A DNA stretch of 64,000 nt from Lama guanicoe (lineage: Eukaryota), in assembly GCA_013239625.1 (NCBI GenBank), contig MU054187.1, forward strand, positions 15,888,941-15,952,940. The letters are read 5' to 3'. The translations under genes were made by a program, and so were the position numbers. The notes beneath the pieces were generated by a model. It was given only the letters and a program-made list of their open reading frames with translations, searched no databases and was not told the origin of the DNA. Shown here in pieces: positions 1 through 14,349 of the stretch (position 1 is the stretch's first letter; each line of letters starts with the position of its first letter).

Positions 1-564
1 TCTTAATTACATTGGTTACAGCAACATTTTATGTGACTTAGTTACAGGGCCTCTTACAGCCCATAGTAAAGTAAAAAAATGTTCCTTTGTTCCCTGTGGC
101 AAAATGAATTGATCATTATTATATACACTCTGGGCAGAAAGTTGGGCAACATGAATACTTTTAGCATTACAATGTATTTGAATAATAGTGTCATTACTGT
201 CAGTTCTCTCTTTAATAAAAGATGTATGTGCTTAACCATAGTGGATCATAGCTCTCTATAACACATAGAGCCAAGATTTATAAAACAATCTAAATTCTTT
301 TAAAGTAATCTTCCAAAGCCTCTGCAGAGACCCTGGCCAAAAATTAGCACTGATCAAATTATGTATCAGTTTTGTCTTGAAATGGTAAGAAAAAGAAGTG
401 GCATAGGAACCCACCTATATGTGGGTGATTTTATATCATTATTTACATAGTTCGCATTCAAGACATTAGGATGACATGCTTTTATGCATGTCAATATTCT
501 TAATGTTTACAGAGTAGCATAGTGCTACAAATATAATACAGCCCAGACCTAGGATGGCCCAGAG

Positions 565-733
565 CAGTGAGTCAAAGCTCATCACAACAGTCCCTGAAGA
601 ACATTTTAAACATAGAGTCTCATCCTCTTCTCCAGATCTGCAGCATTAGAATCTCAGGGAAGTCAGCCTTGGGACTCTGCATTACGAAGTTTTCCAGAGA
701 TGTTTATGCATAGTCAGGTTTGACGATCACTGT
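565..733. mobile_element. MER5A-like hAT-Charlie MITE remnant
   Basis: CAGTG...CACTG termini. Internal 'ttagaatctcaggga...gggactctgcatt...ttccagagatgtttatgcatagtcaggtttgacgatcactg' resembles MER5A. Confidence 0.6.
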
Positions 734-1047
734 CAGGTTTCAGTGTGCACACAGAAGCCCTAGAGGGTCTCAGTATGCCCTAGAGACCACAAAGCAAGTA
801 AGAGATGGAGGCTTAAAGCTTGGTTAATCATGTATTTTTCCCTCTCTCTGTAAATCAAGTGAAGTTTTACCTGTTTTCTATATAGCTTCAGTGCAAGTTT
901 CACTGTGCACAAAGATATGCAATATATTCACGAAATTTATGTAATACTGGCACTGCAATCCATAGACGAAAGAGACCAGAAATTATACAGTGTATATATT
1001 AGAATATGGCAAAGACAACATTTCACATTAATAAGGAGAAAATAGCA

Positions 1048-1100
1048 TATATATATATATACACACACACATACACACACGGGGACAGAGAGAGACAGAG
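1048..1100. repeat. compound (AT)n(AC)n / (GA) microsatellite
   Basis: Directly visible: atatatatatat acacacacacatacacacac ggggacagagagagacagag. Confidence 0.85.
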
Positions 1101-2260
1101 AATTCTGCTTCTAGGTAACGTAGAGTAATAAGGATGAGAAATACCTTCCTGCCTGAAACAATTAAAAGCCATCCAAAACAATGCTTTGTAGACCTTGAAC
1201 ACTGGACTACATAGGACAGAGACCACTGAGACAAGATTAGCAATGGAGAAGCCCCAAAATTGTCCCAGCTTACTTCTTGGAGGGAAATTCTAGGACACAG
1301 TATAATAGGGGCCACCAAGATGGAGTTCAGCCATTTCCTTAAGGTTAAGGAGATAGAGTTGGGAGTCCAGGGAGGTGGCAGCACCTCAAATTCCCAGGAC
1401 AGATTATCAGAGAGGAGAGGACTGCACAGAGAACTCCAGAGATCAGCAGAGGATCACCCTCACGTCTTCAGCTGAGTACTGGTCAGTACATCCATGTGAG
1501 GAAAGTACCCAAGGCTGAAAAACAAATAAACAAACAAAAGCAACAAAGGAAAGAAGCCTCATAATTCATAAAAGTTGGTGAATTTATATTACCACCAGCC
1601 AGAGTGGAAAACCTTGTCATCCACAGGACATCAGATAGAGTACATAGAAAGATGTTGCCTCAGTAGTGGAGCAAAATTAGTCTTAGATTAAAAACTAATC
1701 TGGTCTTGCATATTAAAACTTAAAAGCGAAACTCAAATGGATCAAGCTTTTTCTAAGCAGCTTAACTGCATCCCTGTACAATGTGTAGAAATACAAAAAT
1801 ATCCAGCACTCAATAATGTAAGGTTAAAAATACCTGGCACGCAATCAAAAATTACCAGAGATGTAAAGAAACAGAGAAATACAACCTGCAATAAAGAAAA
1901 AACTCAATTGATAACAACACAGTGAAAAATGATAAAGATTATATAATTAGTAGAAAAAGGAAAAAAATATGACTATATTCCATATGTTCAGGAAAGTAGA
2001 GAAGAAACTAAGCATGGTATTTCAAGACACAGAACATACAAAAAGATACTCTCTGGAGCTGAACCAAGGAATGAAGAGCAGTGGAATGGTATACACATGG
2101 ATAAATATAACAGGATTCTTTTCTTCTTTTTAAATATTTTATAAGGTAATTGACCATTTAAACCAAAAATAATAGTAAATTTTGGGGTTTTCAACATATT
2201 GAGAAGTAAAATATATGATAGTGATAACACAAAGGCCAAGAAGAAGACAATGGAAGGTTA
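1100..2260 (+). mobile_element. old L1M (L1MC/MD-type) 5' region and ORF1 start, decayed
   Basis: 'ttctgcttctaggtaacgtagagtaat...cttcctgcctgaaacaa', 'cagagaactccagagatc...cttcagctgagtactg' and 'caatcaaaaattaccagagatgtaaagaaacagagaaat' resemble ancient L1 5' ends. A-rich on the + strand. Confidence 0.65.
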
Positions 2261-3239
2261 CTCTCATAAGACTCTCCTCACACACTTTCCACACAAGTGA
2301 AGAGATTACACCTATTCCTGCTCTGATTTACATTTCTATTTAAGCTTGAAAGCATGACAATTGGTTTCCCCTGATTTCCTAAACTCTTCTCTTAAATTCT
2401 GCCTGAAGTCTTTCTTGGTAAGGCTCAGACATTAGATTCCCCAGCACAGACCAGGAGAACCTACATTGTCATCACTGATTGGTCTTAAAATGCCACGTTT
2501 CCCTCAGGCTACCCACGCTCACCTGCTCCTCCTTTATTCATCCAAACATCCTCATGTAAATTAACTGAAAAAATGAATCTGACCACCAGTTTACAAGACA
2601 TCTGTGAATGAATCCCAGCTAAGTCTGAGATGAGTCTCCAGTTACAAAAAAACTAACAGTGGAGCTAAGTCTACTAGGGAAGTGATTTTTAGATACAGAA
2701 TAAAGAGATTCTAAGTCAGTACCAAATTATGAAGTTTGTATATGCACTTTTCTTTTGCCTTTTTACAAGGAAGTTTTGAGAAACTCTGCAACAGTGAAAA
2801 TAAGTCTTGCATCCACTCTCCCTTTTGTTTTCTTGCTATAATTACCTTAAGAAGGAAAATATTCTTTCTGGTTGGACTAAATGGACCTCTTTCCATTGCC
2901 TGGAAGATTGAAATGGAATTACATATCATGAAGGACTTTGAAAGAGCTGGCGTAAGTTGTAAATTTGATAAGCACGGTACAGGTCAGTGTTTCCTTTGCA
3001 AACTTTCACTCAGCTTGTCTTCCAATCTCACATTTCACAGGGACATATCCTAACACATCTTGAGCAGAGTGTGATGGACTTGTGAATGATCTAAAAATGA
3101 ATCTCTGGTCCTGCTGGGTCTCCAATCTAAACCTTAAGAGCTTTCCTTTCATTCACGGGTAAATGCAAAGGAAAAGAATGTTATCAGGACTCAATGGAGG
3201 GTCTCTGATACAATTTATTTATTAAAAAAAAATTTTAAA

Positions 3240-3950
3240 GAAGATAATATGCTTTAACTTTTAAGTAAATTAAACAGTAAAATGGATGTATTAAACAAGA
3301 AAGGACTTTTAAAAGAACAACAATGAATGTGAAAAGAAAGTGCAATTAAATAAAATAAGTAACAAAGCAATATATATTAGGATCGAGAATACAACACAGT
3401 GAATCATTTGTGGAAAAGACAAATAATAAGTATTCACAGAGCACAGAAAATTACAAACAAAAAAATTAATGGTAAGAAAATTGCTTAAATAGAGGATAAT
3501 TATGGAAATCTAACCTACAAATAATGACTGTTTTCAAAGAAAGAAACAATAAATATAATAGAATGAATAATAATGTATTAATTTTTAAAGTAGTAAGATT
3601 ATTTACTCAAAGGCTCATTATTATCTGGGAATAATTACTGAAAGAAAATTCATACTTAGATTTTTCTTGAAAAAAATCACTAGGATTCTAAAACTAAAAA
3701 ATTGTAAATATCCAAATCAAAATAAGAAACTTTAAAAGAAAGCATATAAGAAACATAAAGAAATTAACAAATAAATGCATGAGAAAAATTTCATGAGTCA
3801 AATTTTCCTCAAAAGACCAAAAATAGCAATATTAGTTCTCAAATGCTTTTTGTAGCAAGATAATTGAAAGCAAATAAATTATTAGACAATGTAGAAATAC
3901 TTGAAAATTTAAAGTATAAGGCATTAAACAGAATAAAGAGAATCTTTTTA
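3240..3950 (+). mobile_element. highly decayed L1/HAL1 ORF1-like fragment
   Basis: Very A-rich. 'agaggataattatggaaatctaacctacaaataatgactgttttcaaagaaagaa' resembles the ORF1 RSNI..IGVPE region. Confidence 0.4.
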
Positions 3951-3991
3951 TCTTACTAAAATATTTAATCTTAATGAGAAAAGGAATGTCC

Positions 3992-4400
3992 TGTATTATT
4001 CATGATAACTCACCTTTTATAACAAACCATTTAAGTGGTTTAATGCAATAAAATCTCTTTACTGTTGCACTTCACTGCAGGTATTGGGAGTTCTTTATTC
4101 TGTTCTAGGAAATAGTCTATGATTTAGTAGCTCTGTTATTTTTTAGAGCCTTGCTAATCTCCACTGAAATTTCAGAACATGAACAACACAAGTGAGGAGA
4201 AACTGTCAAGAATTACAAGAGGAAGATTAGAGATCAGTCCTAAATGGCATTAATAATTTCCCACATATTCCATTGGCCAGAGCCTCATCACATGGCCTCA
4301 CCAAAAGCAAGACAGGATAAGTATGGCTAGGCATGTCTTAAGAAGAAAAGGAGAAAACTGCTGTTAGTGATATTAGTGACCACTAGCTTTGTTTGTTACA
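3992..4400 (-). mobile_element. MaLR LTR (MLT1K/L-like)
   Basis: Starts tgtatta and ends gttaca. 'cacatattccattggccagagcctcatcacatggcc' is a typical old MLT1 motif. Confidence 0.6.
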
Positions 4401-4829
4401 AGTACTAAATATTTAAGTGTCAAAAAACAACAATAGAAACTAAACATTAAATTCTAGAAAAAAACTGATAGCAAATTGAAAGTATTATAACATCTTAACA
4501 TACAGTTATGTTAGGAGAGAAGTTAAAGAAGTTTATAATCAATTAAAATTCTAAATATGGCAAATAAGGACTATATTGACTTCTGAAGTATGTATGCAAT
4601 GTATAAAAATAATAAGATATTTTTCAATAAAGAAAACCTCAAAGGATGAGATTACATTGGTTTTAAATTGATTTTATGAATTATTTTATTTTATATAAAT
4701 TGTTCACTTCATGACAGTGCTTTGTGTAACCACTGATGGGTATAACTACATAGACATGGATGTAAAAGATGCCTTAGAATATTAATGTAATATCTAGAAT
4801 TAATTGAGAAATTAACACTGATTTAGTAA

Positions 4830-5520
4830 TTAATATAATAAGGTCATATCAGAAATCAGTAAAAAAATGGAGCATTATTGAATAAACACAATGATGATAG
4901 TTTATTAGCAATTTAAGGAAAATTGACATCACTTCAAACAATTATGTTTAAGTAAGTTCAGATTGATTAAGTATAAAAATTAAATTTTAGAATAAAAATA
5001 AATTATTTAAAATTAGGTGGGGAGAAATACATTTCAAGTTTTTTGTAAAAGAAAAAATATCAAGAGGAATGTGTACCTTACCTATGATCATTAATTTATG
5101 GGTGAAAATGTAATGTTATGACACTGCAATCCAGCAAATATGTGTGTGAAAAACAATGCCACATTATATATAGTTATGACAAATAAATATATCAGTATTA
5201 AAGATATGGATGGAGAAATCACAAATATAAAAAATGCTTTAAAATTAAAAATGCTTACTTGCACTAATAATTAAAAATATAAAATGCAATTATATTCTAA
5301 ATATTGAATTGTAACCCTCAATCACAAAATTTCATGAAGGCATGTATATGGTAAAGGTAGAATTCAAACTCTTTACAAGAATTGGTCCATAACTTTTTCT
5401 GCAAACCTACAAAAATATTCATCATTTTTTGCATAAAATTTTTCTTTTTTTTCTATATCCTTGCCATAACTCTTAAATACCAGAAAAATAATTTCTGTAA
5501 AGAATTATTCATTAAAGTAT
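4830..5520 (+). mobile_element. ancient L1ME-type ORF2 3' fragment
   Basis: Degenerate similarity to the L1 ORF2 C-terminal region. A-rich. Confidence 0.35.
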
Positions 5521-5529
5521 TTATATATA

Positions 5530-6683
5530 TGCATATGTTAATAACAAACAGAAAGAGAAATTAAGAAAATTTCATTTATAGTTCTGTCAAGAAGAATAAA
5601 ATATCTATGAGTAAATTTAACCCAGGAGGTAAAAGTCCTATACACTAAAAACTATAAGACATTGATGAAATTGAAGAAGTCAGAAGTAAATTGAAAGATA
5701 TTCTATGTTCATGGATTCAAAGAATTAATATTGTTAAAATGTCCATATTACTCAAAGCCTTCTACAGATTCAATGCAACTCCTTTCAAAATTCCAATGGC
5801 ATATTTCACAGAACTAGAACAAATAATTCTAATATTCGTATAGAATCTCAAAAGATCCTAAAAAGATGAAACAATCTCGGACAAGAAGAACAAAGCTGAG
5901 GTATCACACTCCCTGACTACAAAGCTACAGTAATCAGTGTAGTGTGGTGCTGGTACAAAAACAGACACACAGATCAGTGGAACAGAACTGAGAGTCTGGA
6001 AGTAAATCCACATATAGATAAGTACTAATTTATGACAAAAAAGCTAAGAATGTACAATGGAGAATGGAAAGCCTCTTCAAAAAACTGTTGAAAAGTTGGA
6101 AAGACTGGGAAGCCACATGCAAAAGAATGAAATAGACCATCATCTTACACCATATACAAAAATTGATTCAAAACGGATTGAAGACTTGGATATAAGACCT
6201 GAAACTGTAAAATTCCTAGAAGAAAACTTTAAGTGGTAACTTCGCTGACATTAGCCTTAGCAATGTTTTCCTGGATCTGACTACCAAGACAAGGGAAACA
6301 AAAGAAAAAATAAGCAAATGAAACTACATTAAACTAACAAGCTTCTGCACAGTGAAGGAAACCATCATCAAAGTGAAATGGTAACCTACTGATGGGATAA
6401 AATATCATATGTCCAATAACATTCAAAATACATAAAGAAGTCTTATAACTCAACAATTTTAAAAAAAATTAAAATATGGACAGAGGAACTGAATAGATAT
6501 TTTTCCAAAGAAGACACACAGATGGCCAAGAGGCACATGAAAAGATGTTCAACATCACTGATTATCAGGGAAATGCAATTCAAAACCACAAAGAAATTAC
6601 CTCTTATCTATTCGTATGGATATTATTGAAAAGACAAGAAATATCAAATATTGGAGAGGATGTGGAGAAAAGGAAAATCTCAT
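5530..6683 (+). mobile_element. L1 ORF2 C-terminal half, truncated and frame-disrupted
   Basis: 'catggattcaaagaattaatattgttaaaatgtccata...tacagattcaatgcaa' is canonical L1 ORF2. ORF 6057-6239 encodes [29 protein letters not shown], compared with L1 YLTPYTKINSRWIKDLNVRP. Confidence 0.95.
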
Positions 6684-6689
6684 TATTTT

Positions 6690-6872
6690 TCATCAGAGTA
6701 TGTATTTCCAATCAGCATATCATAAAATTTACTTGTTTGTTTATTATTTGTCTTCTCCCACTAAAATGTACACCACATTTAAGCACATTAATCCTTTTTT
6801 TCACTGTTGTATCTCAGATCCTAAAAGAAGGCCAAGAAGGTAATAAGTATTTTATAGATATTTGCATAAATT
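6690..6872 (+). mobile_element. L2 3' end fragment
   Basis: 'ttgtttattatttgtcttctcccactaaaatgta...ttcactgttgtatctcagatcctaaaa' matches the L2 tail pattern. Confidence 0.6.
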
Positions 6873-8304
6873 AATAATTATAAGGGAGACATATCATTAC
6901 TCAATTTGAGTAAACAAGCTATTTTAAAAGATTAAGTATAGTTACTATACACATATGAAGTAAATATTGTAGCTAAAAAATGGCATATTTCTTCATTTAA
7001 ATATGTCTATCAAGTCCAGTTTTTGGAATTAAACACTTTGGTTCACCTTCTTATTTAAGTGATAAAACTGCATGTTTTAGTAATAAGATTCAACATTTTA
7101 TTAAATCATACCTTTTTCTTAAATCATACATTTTAGTAATGACGCCAGGGTATTTGTCAAAGAGTGCTCTCTAAAGTAATTAAATTTCCTTTTGCCTAAA
7201 ATACTGCATAGAAATACATGACATAATGCTATTATCAATGATGTACTTCACTTTATCTCATGCATTTTCTTTGTATAAACTGTGTTGCAAAACAGATACA
7301 TAAGCAACTCTGCACCACCAACTCACAAATAATCTATCCTCCAATTTAAAATTTGGTATTTCTATTCAGTAAACTTTATATTCCTGACCATGTAAGTATA
7401 TCAAATAATAAGATCTGATGACCAACAACTTCACATTCGTATGAAACGTCTTTGAAATGTCGAGTTTTCATGCAAAATAGATGTCTTATTGTATTTTACT
7501 GCCAAAATAACGTGTCACAAATGGTGAAATGGCAGGGGAATACTGACTGTGCTATTAATAAAACACACCAGCTTTTAGCTGGCAAAGCAGCCTTCTTTCC
7601 ATCAAACATGTCTCAGCCTTTAATAAAGAAACTCAAGTGGTGTAGGTGAAAAATTACTTTTCTCACCCGGTCATCTGTCTGTCATGTATTATTCAGGTCA
7701 CCAATGTTTGTCCTGAACTGTATCATTCTGTAGTTGTGTCAGGTATGAGATATGTTCAGTGTAATTCCATCAGACTTCATGAAGTTGATTAGAACAGATC
7801 ACCTTTCGGTATGGGCACAAGTTATCTCAGCAGATAGAGTGAAAAAGACTTATTTATCTTTGCCTTATAATAAAGAAAGAGATGAGCAAATTTATCCATT
7901 AACTTGAAGAGAGTCACATATTTGTTGTGAAAACAAACTATAGTCAGTAATTTTACTGAAAATTCTATAGCACATGGTTGTTTCTTATGAAGAAAAAGCT
8001 TAGAGTAGAGTCTGCATTTGACAGTGTGACATATTTAACCAAAGCACATACTTTTTAAACTATAGTCCTTAAAATGATAAATGTTTGTTCCACAACAAAA
8101 TAATAGAATGTAATAAAATATGCCAAATCTTTGATGTTTTCCATTGGCTTTTATCCAGCATTCTTTTTGCAAAATAGTTTGCACTCTGATTTTACAGAAA
8201 TGAGTCTTCAAAGTTTATGAAATCATTATACTTTTATGTCTTGATTAAATCACAACCTATTTTGATACAAGCATTCTAAAACATTTCATAACTCAACATA
8301 TTTG

Positions 8305-8590
8305 TGCAGAGGTTTGGACTAATAAAAAGACACGTGAGTTAGGTGTCAGGAAACCCAAGATCATGCCTGATGTGACCTGGGCTCCTCATGTTCCTCATTT
8401 GGCAAATAAATGAGTAGGACTCATGAACCTCTCAGGTGGGGAGGGAGCAAAAGGACACCTACTGGTCATATAGTAGAGCTAAGTCTGCATTCAAATTCAG
8501 ACTCTGTTACTTATTAAGTTCATGATTAGACATGTTTCTAAAAATGAAAATAAAATCCATACAGTAGCATATTTAACACACAGTAATGTG
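8305..8590 (+). mobile_element. MIR fragments
   Basis: 'tgtgacctgggc...gttcctcatttggcaaat' and 'ttcaaattcagactctgttacttatta' resemble the MIR core. Confidence 0.45.
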
Positions 8591-9574
8591 TGTGTTTGTA
8601 TGTGCGTACACACACATGATGTTTCAACATTGCCTCACCTCAAATGATTTTAAGACAGCCCGAAGTAGAAATTAGTGTATATTCTTTATTCTCACATCTT
8701 TCAATCATTGACTTTAAGAACTCTTGAAATAATTTTTGAAAAATCACTAAAAGCAAACTAGGAGGTTTAGTAATTTTGCAAAAACAAAATTTGAATTGTT
8801 ACATATAAAAAGAAAAAAAACAGTGTGAAATCTAATGGGGATTAGATTGCCATTCTTTTCTCATATAATTCATCTACAGTAGGCAGTACACTCTCTGAAA
8901 AACAAAGTTAATGTCTCTAGGTTGTTTTTTACCTACTAAGGTCTAGAATGCATTTTGATAAAGAAAACTTTAGAAACTGCCTTAATTCCTCTTCTGCATA
9001 CATCACTATTGTATGTTTTGCTGTGACTTACTTTGTGTAGAAAGGAGAACATGGCCTTTCTACCTTTCTCTTACTTTGTAAACCTGTGTATTCCTTTTGC
9101 TGGGTGCCATAGCTCAAAACAACAATTTATTAAGCTTCAAGATGAGGCTATTAAAGTTCTGCTGGGCTGTGACACACAATAGACAGACAGACTTTGTTCT
9201 CCAGAGCAAAATCTGTTTTTGAGCAGATGAATAGGACACATTATGTGTACAAAGCAAATGAGAACCACGTAGAGCAAGTCTAGTTCAAGTGTCAGGATCT
9301 CACAGAGAAAAATTTAAGCTGCTAGAGACATTTTGAGAAAGAGAAATATAAAACAGGATTAATTTTGTGTAAAATATTTAGATTCAAGGAGAGGAACTGA
9401 AAAGAAAACTAAATTTATACTCATCTTACTTCACACTTGCACTTTTTAAAAGTCATTTGAAATTCATTACCTATTTATAAGTTCTCCATGTGAATTATCA
9501 TTTTTTTCATGGTTTGAAACTTACTGGTGATTTAAAGAGGCATCCAAACCACACCTCTCCGATGGTTTATGTCT

Positions 9575-9940
9575 GTATACCTTTAAACCTAGCTAAAGAG
9601 GTGGGCTCTAACTGGCTTACCCTAAAGCAGTCAGGGTAATGTTATTGAAGGGCAGGCAGAGGAGTTCAGTTTCTCCAATCAGAGTAAAACTCAGAATCTT
9701 GCTCCATGCTTGAGAGAAAATAAATCATCTGTCGCCACATAAATTTAACCAGAGAAGAAGGTTTTAGCTTAGTTGCTGATGGCAGCCATCTTTCAGGCAG
9801 GAAAGATACCAGCCTGAGGGTGAAAAAGACACGGAGCGGGGCAGAGAAGGGGCACAGAGTGTCAGAGAAATTATCCCAAACTTTGCATTATTTTAAAATT
9901 TACTTTAAGTTGCATGTGTTTTTATGTGTTGCCTTAAGCA
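9575..9940 (+). mobile_element. old MaLR LTR (MLT1J/K-like)
   Basis: 'gttgctgatggcagccatctt...ccagcctgagggtgaaaaagacac...gggcagag' is an MLT1-type motif. Confidence 0.5.
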
Positions 9941-10223
9941 CTTTTTGAAGTATTCATTCAATTTTTTTTAAAAAGAAGACAAATTTCAGATATTATCATT
10001 TACTCTTCCTAGACAATTAAATTATTATCAAAGTTAAAGTTTGTCTAATTTAGAAATTAAAGATTTTATATAAAATATATCAATTAAGAGCACTAAAACA
10101 TCCCCAGATTCCCAAATTAGGTAGGGATGCTATCTAAAAGCAATCACATTTAAGAAAATGCGTATCACCACTAGCAATAAAAAATTAAAAGCTATCTAAA
10201 AGTTAACAGAGAAGCACAAGTAG

Positions 10224-10406
10224 ACAGTGTCTGTTGGTGGAGAAGAATTCATGTTCTGGGTCCATATAAAAATCAGTTTAAATACCCATTCAGTCACTTA
10301 CTAGCCCTGTGACCTTGGACAACTTATTTAACTTACTTAAGCTCAGTTTTCTCATCTATGAAGTGTAAATAATAATAGCATCTACTTTAATGGCTTTGTT
10401 GAACTT
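10224..10406 (+). mobile_element. MIR SINE
   Basis: MIR core 'cacttactagccctgtgaccttggacaacttatttaacttacttaagctcagttttctcatctatgaagtgtaaataataatag'. Confidence 0.85.
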
Positions 10407-10539
10407 TTAATCTAAATTGCTTGTTGTCACAATCAGTCAAATAAACACAACTTTCATGAAAGTTTTAAAAAGTGATTAACAAATTTGACTGAATAATCAT
10501 AAAATTTATTGCACCAATCATAAATTTGGAATATTTTTA

Positions 10540-11990
10540 TCAATTAGAAAACTATCAAATCTCTAAATACTCCACTTCTAAATAATGCATTGTTAAAAGA
10601 AGAAATTACAATGGAAATTAGAAAATATTTTGATTAAAGGTAATAAAATTAGAAGAGGTAGGTTGTAGGTAAAACTATGCTTTGAGATATACATTAAGAA
10701 AAAAGGAAGGCTGAAAATTGGTGATCTGTGCTTCTTAAACAGAGTTAGAGAACAGTAATTCAATTCCAAACTAGGGAAAAGGAAATATAAAAGATACAAT
10801 CAGTGAAATGTACCATGCCCATTGATTAATGAACTAGTAGTGTGAATATGTCAACCGTCCTTAAATTTATTTATACATTCAAGGCAATCCAGCATCAAAA
10901 GCTATTTTTTGAGGAAATTAGGAAGCTGATTGTACAATCTGTATGAAAAGGCAAAGGATCAAGTATACTTTAAATGGGAACTAGAATGTTCAAGGACTTC
11001 CTCTACCAGACATCAGCACTTACTAAAAAGATACACTAAAAAAAAAAAAAAAACCTGTAGGATTGGTACAAGCAAAAATAATAGACCAATAGAATATAAT
11101 TGAAACTCCAGAACAATGGCAGAAATATATGAACTCTTTATTTAATACAGTAATGAAACTAAGCTGTTGTAAGGAAAGAAAGATCTTTCTGATAAACAAT
11201 GCGAAGGCAACTGAGTAGCCATATGGAAAAAGGCTCTTACCACATACCAAACCATACACAAAAATCAATTCTAGTTGCTTTTTAGCTCTATACATAAAAG
11301 GCAAAACAATAAAGCTTCTAGAAGACAATATAAAAGATTATATTTATAGCTTTTGGGTGAAAAACATTTTTAAATGGAACAAAAGAATAGGAAACATTAA
11401 AGATTTTAAATTGGATGGATATTAAAGTTTTTCTTCATTAAAAGGCACCAAAGGAAGTTAAAGACAGTCTACAGTGACAGAAAAAGAATGTGAAGATGTA
11501 TTATGACAAAAGCTAGTGTATCCACAATAAGTAAAGAAATATAAACCAATAATAAAAAGACAGAAAGCTCATTGGAAAAAAACAGACAAGAGTGTTGAAC
11601 TGGCATTTTGCAAAAGAGGGTTTCCAAATGAACAATAGGCATATGGTAAGTTTCACTCTCAGTAGTACTTAAAAAACCTACAAATTACAAGCACAATGAT
11701 AAAACAATGCAAATCCACGGGAATAGCTAAAAATGAAAAGACTAACAATACTATGTTGACTGGGATGTAAAATAATATGAACTTTCTGCTTTAGGACAAA
11801 GAACTCTTGACTTTGGAGAGCTGGCATTATCTACTAACGTTCTTGAGGAACCCATTTTCCTGTGATCTAGTTCTAGTTGATCTTGCATCTCCCAATGAAG
11901 TGGAAAACGTAATGTCTTTCCTGAGCTTGTATATACTAATTTATCATGTTGCCAATTGAACATAAACAAGCAAAGTCCAGAGAAGACTAT
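10540..11990 (+). mobile_element. old L1 (L1ME-type) ORF2 3' region
   Basis: 'atagaccaatagaatataattgaaactccagaa', 'ccatacacaaaaatcaattctagttg' and 'aaagcttctagaagacaatata' resemble L1 ORF2. Confidence 0.75.
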
Positions 11991-12479
11991 TTTATGATCA
12001 TGGTTGGAAAAAGACAGAAAAGGCTATACTGTAACCTCAAAAAAAGTGACTTAGCATCTATCTCTTCAATTTAATGTCAGTGACTGCTTATTTTTTTTTT
12101 ACCATTGAAGGATTTAGCATTACTTTAATTTATCCATGTCCTAGATAAAAATTAAGATAAGCAATTGTTGAACTGCGCTTGCTTTCTGATAACATCCAGT
12201 CCAGAATTGTCCTCACCTTCCTTAAATTTATCTCAAATCCTTTTGGAAGCCTCATTCACATTCCCTTGCTGATATGTACCTTCATGCCTTCAGACTACTT
12301 TCTCCCTTGCTATGAGCGAAATAAATTACCTTTAAACTACATTTCTGCTCCTGTTGGTCTTTGGTTGGTAAGCTTTAACAAGCCATAGTTTGATTCATTA
12401 AATTAATCCTTCAATTGTACTTCTTTAATATTTAAGTCTTTATTTGCTCTATAACTCAAAATTTTTCCAACATATCTAT

Positions 12480-14010
12480 TTTGAAAAAAAAGTCAAACCT
12501 ATTAGTCACATCTATGAGTTGCAAGACTAATTCAATGAACACCTACATACACATTACCTATATTCACCAATTCCATTTTGCTATACTTACTAAGTCCTCA
12601 ACTAATGAATCACATTTGATAATGTTGAGGATGCCTTCATTCTTAAAACCCTCTATGTTCTTGATCTCTCTTTCACAGAACTCTTGTGGATTTCTAATGA
12701 AATCCAATTTATCTACTATTTTTCTTTTGCAGCTTGTGAATTTGGTATCACATCTGAGAAACTGCTGTCTAACTTAAGAATACAAAGATTCATTCTTAAA
12801 TTTTCTTCAAAGAATTATAATTTTTGCTTTTCCAATTTGGCCTATAATCAATTTTATGGTTTTTTTAAAAACATATTTGAGTTAACATTTTAATGTGAAT
12901 CTCTTGGAGTTTAACTTATTTGATATTTTTGATATTCTTGGATATGTGAATTATTTTTTATGAAAGTTGGTAAGTTTTTGACCATTATTTCTTTAGATTT
13001 TCTCTCTCTCTCCTCTTTTTGGATGCCCATCATGTATATGTTGGCACACTTAATGGTGACCCACTGGTCTCTGGGGCCTCTGTTTATTTATTTTGTTTGT
13101 TTCTTCCTCAGACTGGGTAGTTTCACTGACCTTTTTTTGACTTTGCTGATTTTTTTTCATTTGCCTGCTCTGCCTTTGAGCCCCTAAAGAGAAGTTTTCA
13201 TTTTAACTGATGTATTTTAAAATCCAGAATTTCTATTTGTTTTTTTTTTCCTGTATTGTTAGTCAGTATTTGGTAGGACATAATTATATTTTCCTTTAAT
13301 TCTTTAGACATAGTTTCCTTCATTTCTTTGAACATATTTATGATGTCTGTTTAAAGTCTTTGTCTAGTAAGTCTAATATTTACAATTTCTCAGGGACAGT
13401 TTTTATTTTCTGCTTTCCTACACCTCTCATGCATGGGTTTTATTTCCCTGTTTTTTTTTCCCCCAAACATTTCAAACACTGCTGAGGTATTCTGTATGTG
13501 TACTGGGGCTTGCCTTCAAATTCCAGAAGGCAGTTTTCAACTCTACTTGTACAGAGCTTTGAGATAATCTATATGTGAGAGATCATGCCCTTCTCAGGTT
13601 TTTCCTGGCCATGTACACCATCTTAAACATGAATGTGGCCTTCTAGAGAAATATTTCTAACTTCTTCAGAGTCCACCATGAACACTTTATTCCCCAGTTT
13701 TTTGTTGTTAAGTTGTTTGGTTAGCCTCTTGTTAGCCCTAACTTGTATCACTGCCTCAGGCAGCTGTGATGTTGAAACAATTTTCTCTGACTTTTTTGAA
13801 CAAATTATACAGAGAAATGGCTCACAGATGAAGATCTGAGTTGGTGTAGCCAGTTTTTTTATTTTTTTGTTTTTTGAATAAATGTTTCTTATACAAGTCT
13901 TTTATTAATTTCCACTCTGGTAAAGGTAATGTTTTTTGAATTTTAGCAGCAATCTCATTCATTTTATGATGAAGCATATTTCTGGAAGTTCTTACTCTGT
14001 CATTCCAGAG
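12480..14010 (-). mobile_element. old L1 fragments, including a 5' UTR/ORF1 region
   Basis: T-rich + strand. 'aagttggtaagtttttgaccattatttctttaga', 'ctttgaacatatttatgatgtctgtttaaagtctttgtctagt' and 'ggaagttcttactctgtcattccagaggtc' match an antisense L1MD/ME 5' end. Confidence 0.75.
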
Positions 14011-14349
14011 GTCCTTTACCAATATTGTTAGTTCTAATTTTTTTTTCATATAAGATAAAGTTAAAGCATACTTTTCAACAAATCTGATTCTTCTTCAGCA
14101 TAGAAAAATAAATTCACACAACCAAATTGTAATCTACCAAATAGTTACAGAAATCAGTGAAGAGTAAATTGTTTGTGGAGATATCAATATCAAAAATCAG
14201 AAGCTTGTGCCAACTTTGAAGAAACTGAAGAAAAATTAAGGGCAGAGCAGGCAAAACCAATGCTATTCTACAAGGAAGTATACAAGCATGAAACATTGGG
14301 GTGAAAACAATATTGCCAATTTTGTTTTGTTCAACTGTGTGATATTATA

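Noticed and set aside
2736..3053. 105-aa ORF with a possible acceptor (about 2768) and GC|GTAAGT donor (about 2952)
   Set aside because: Weak AAG acceptor, no recognisable protein similarity and no partner exons.
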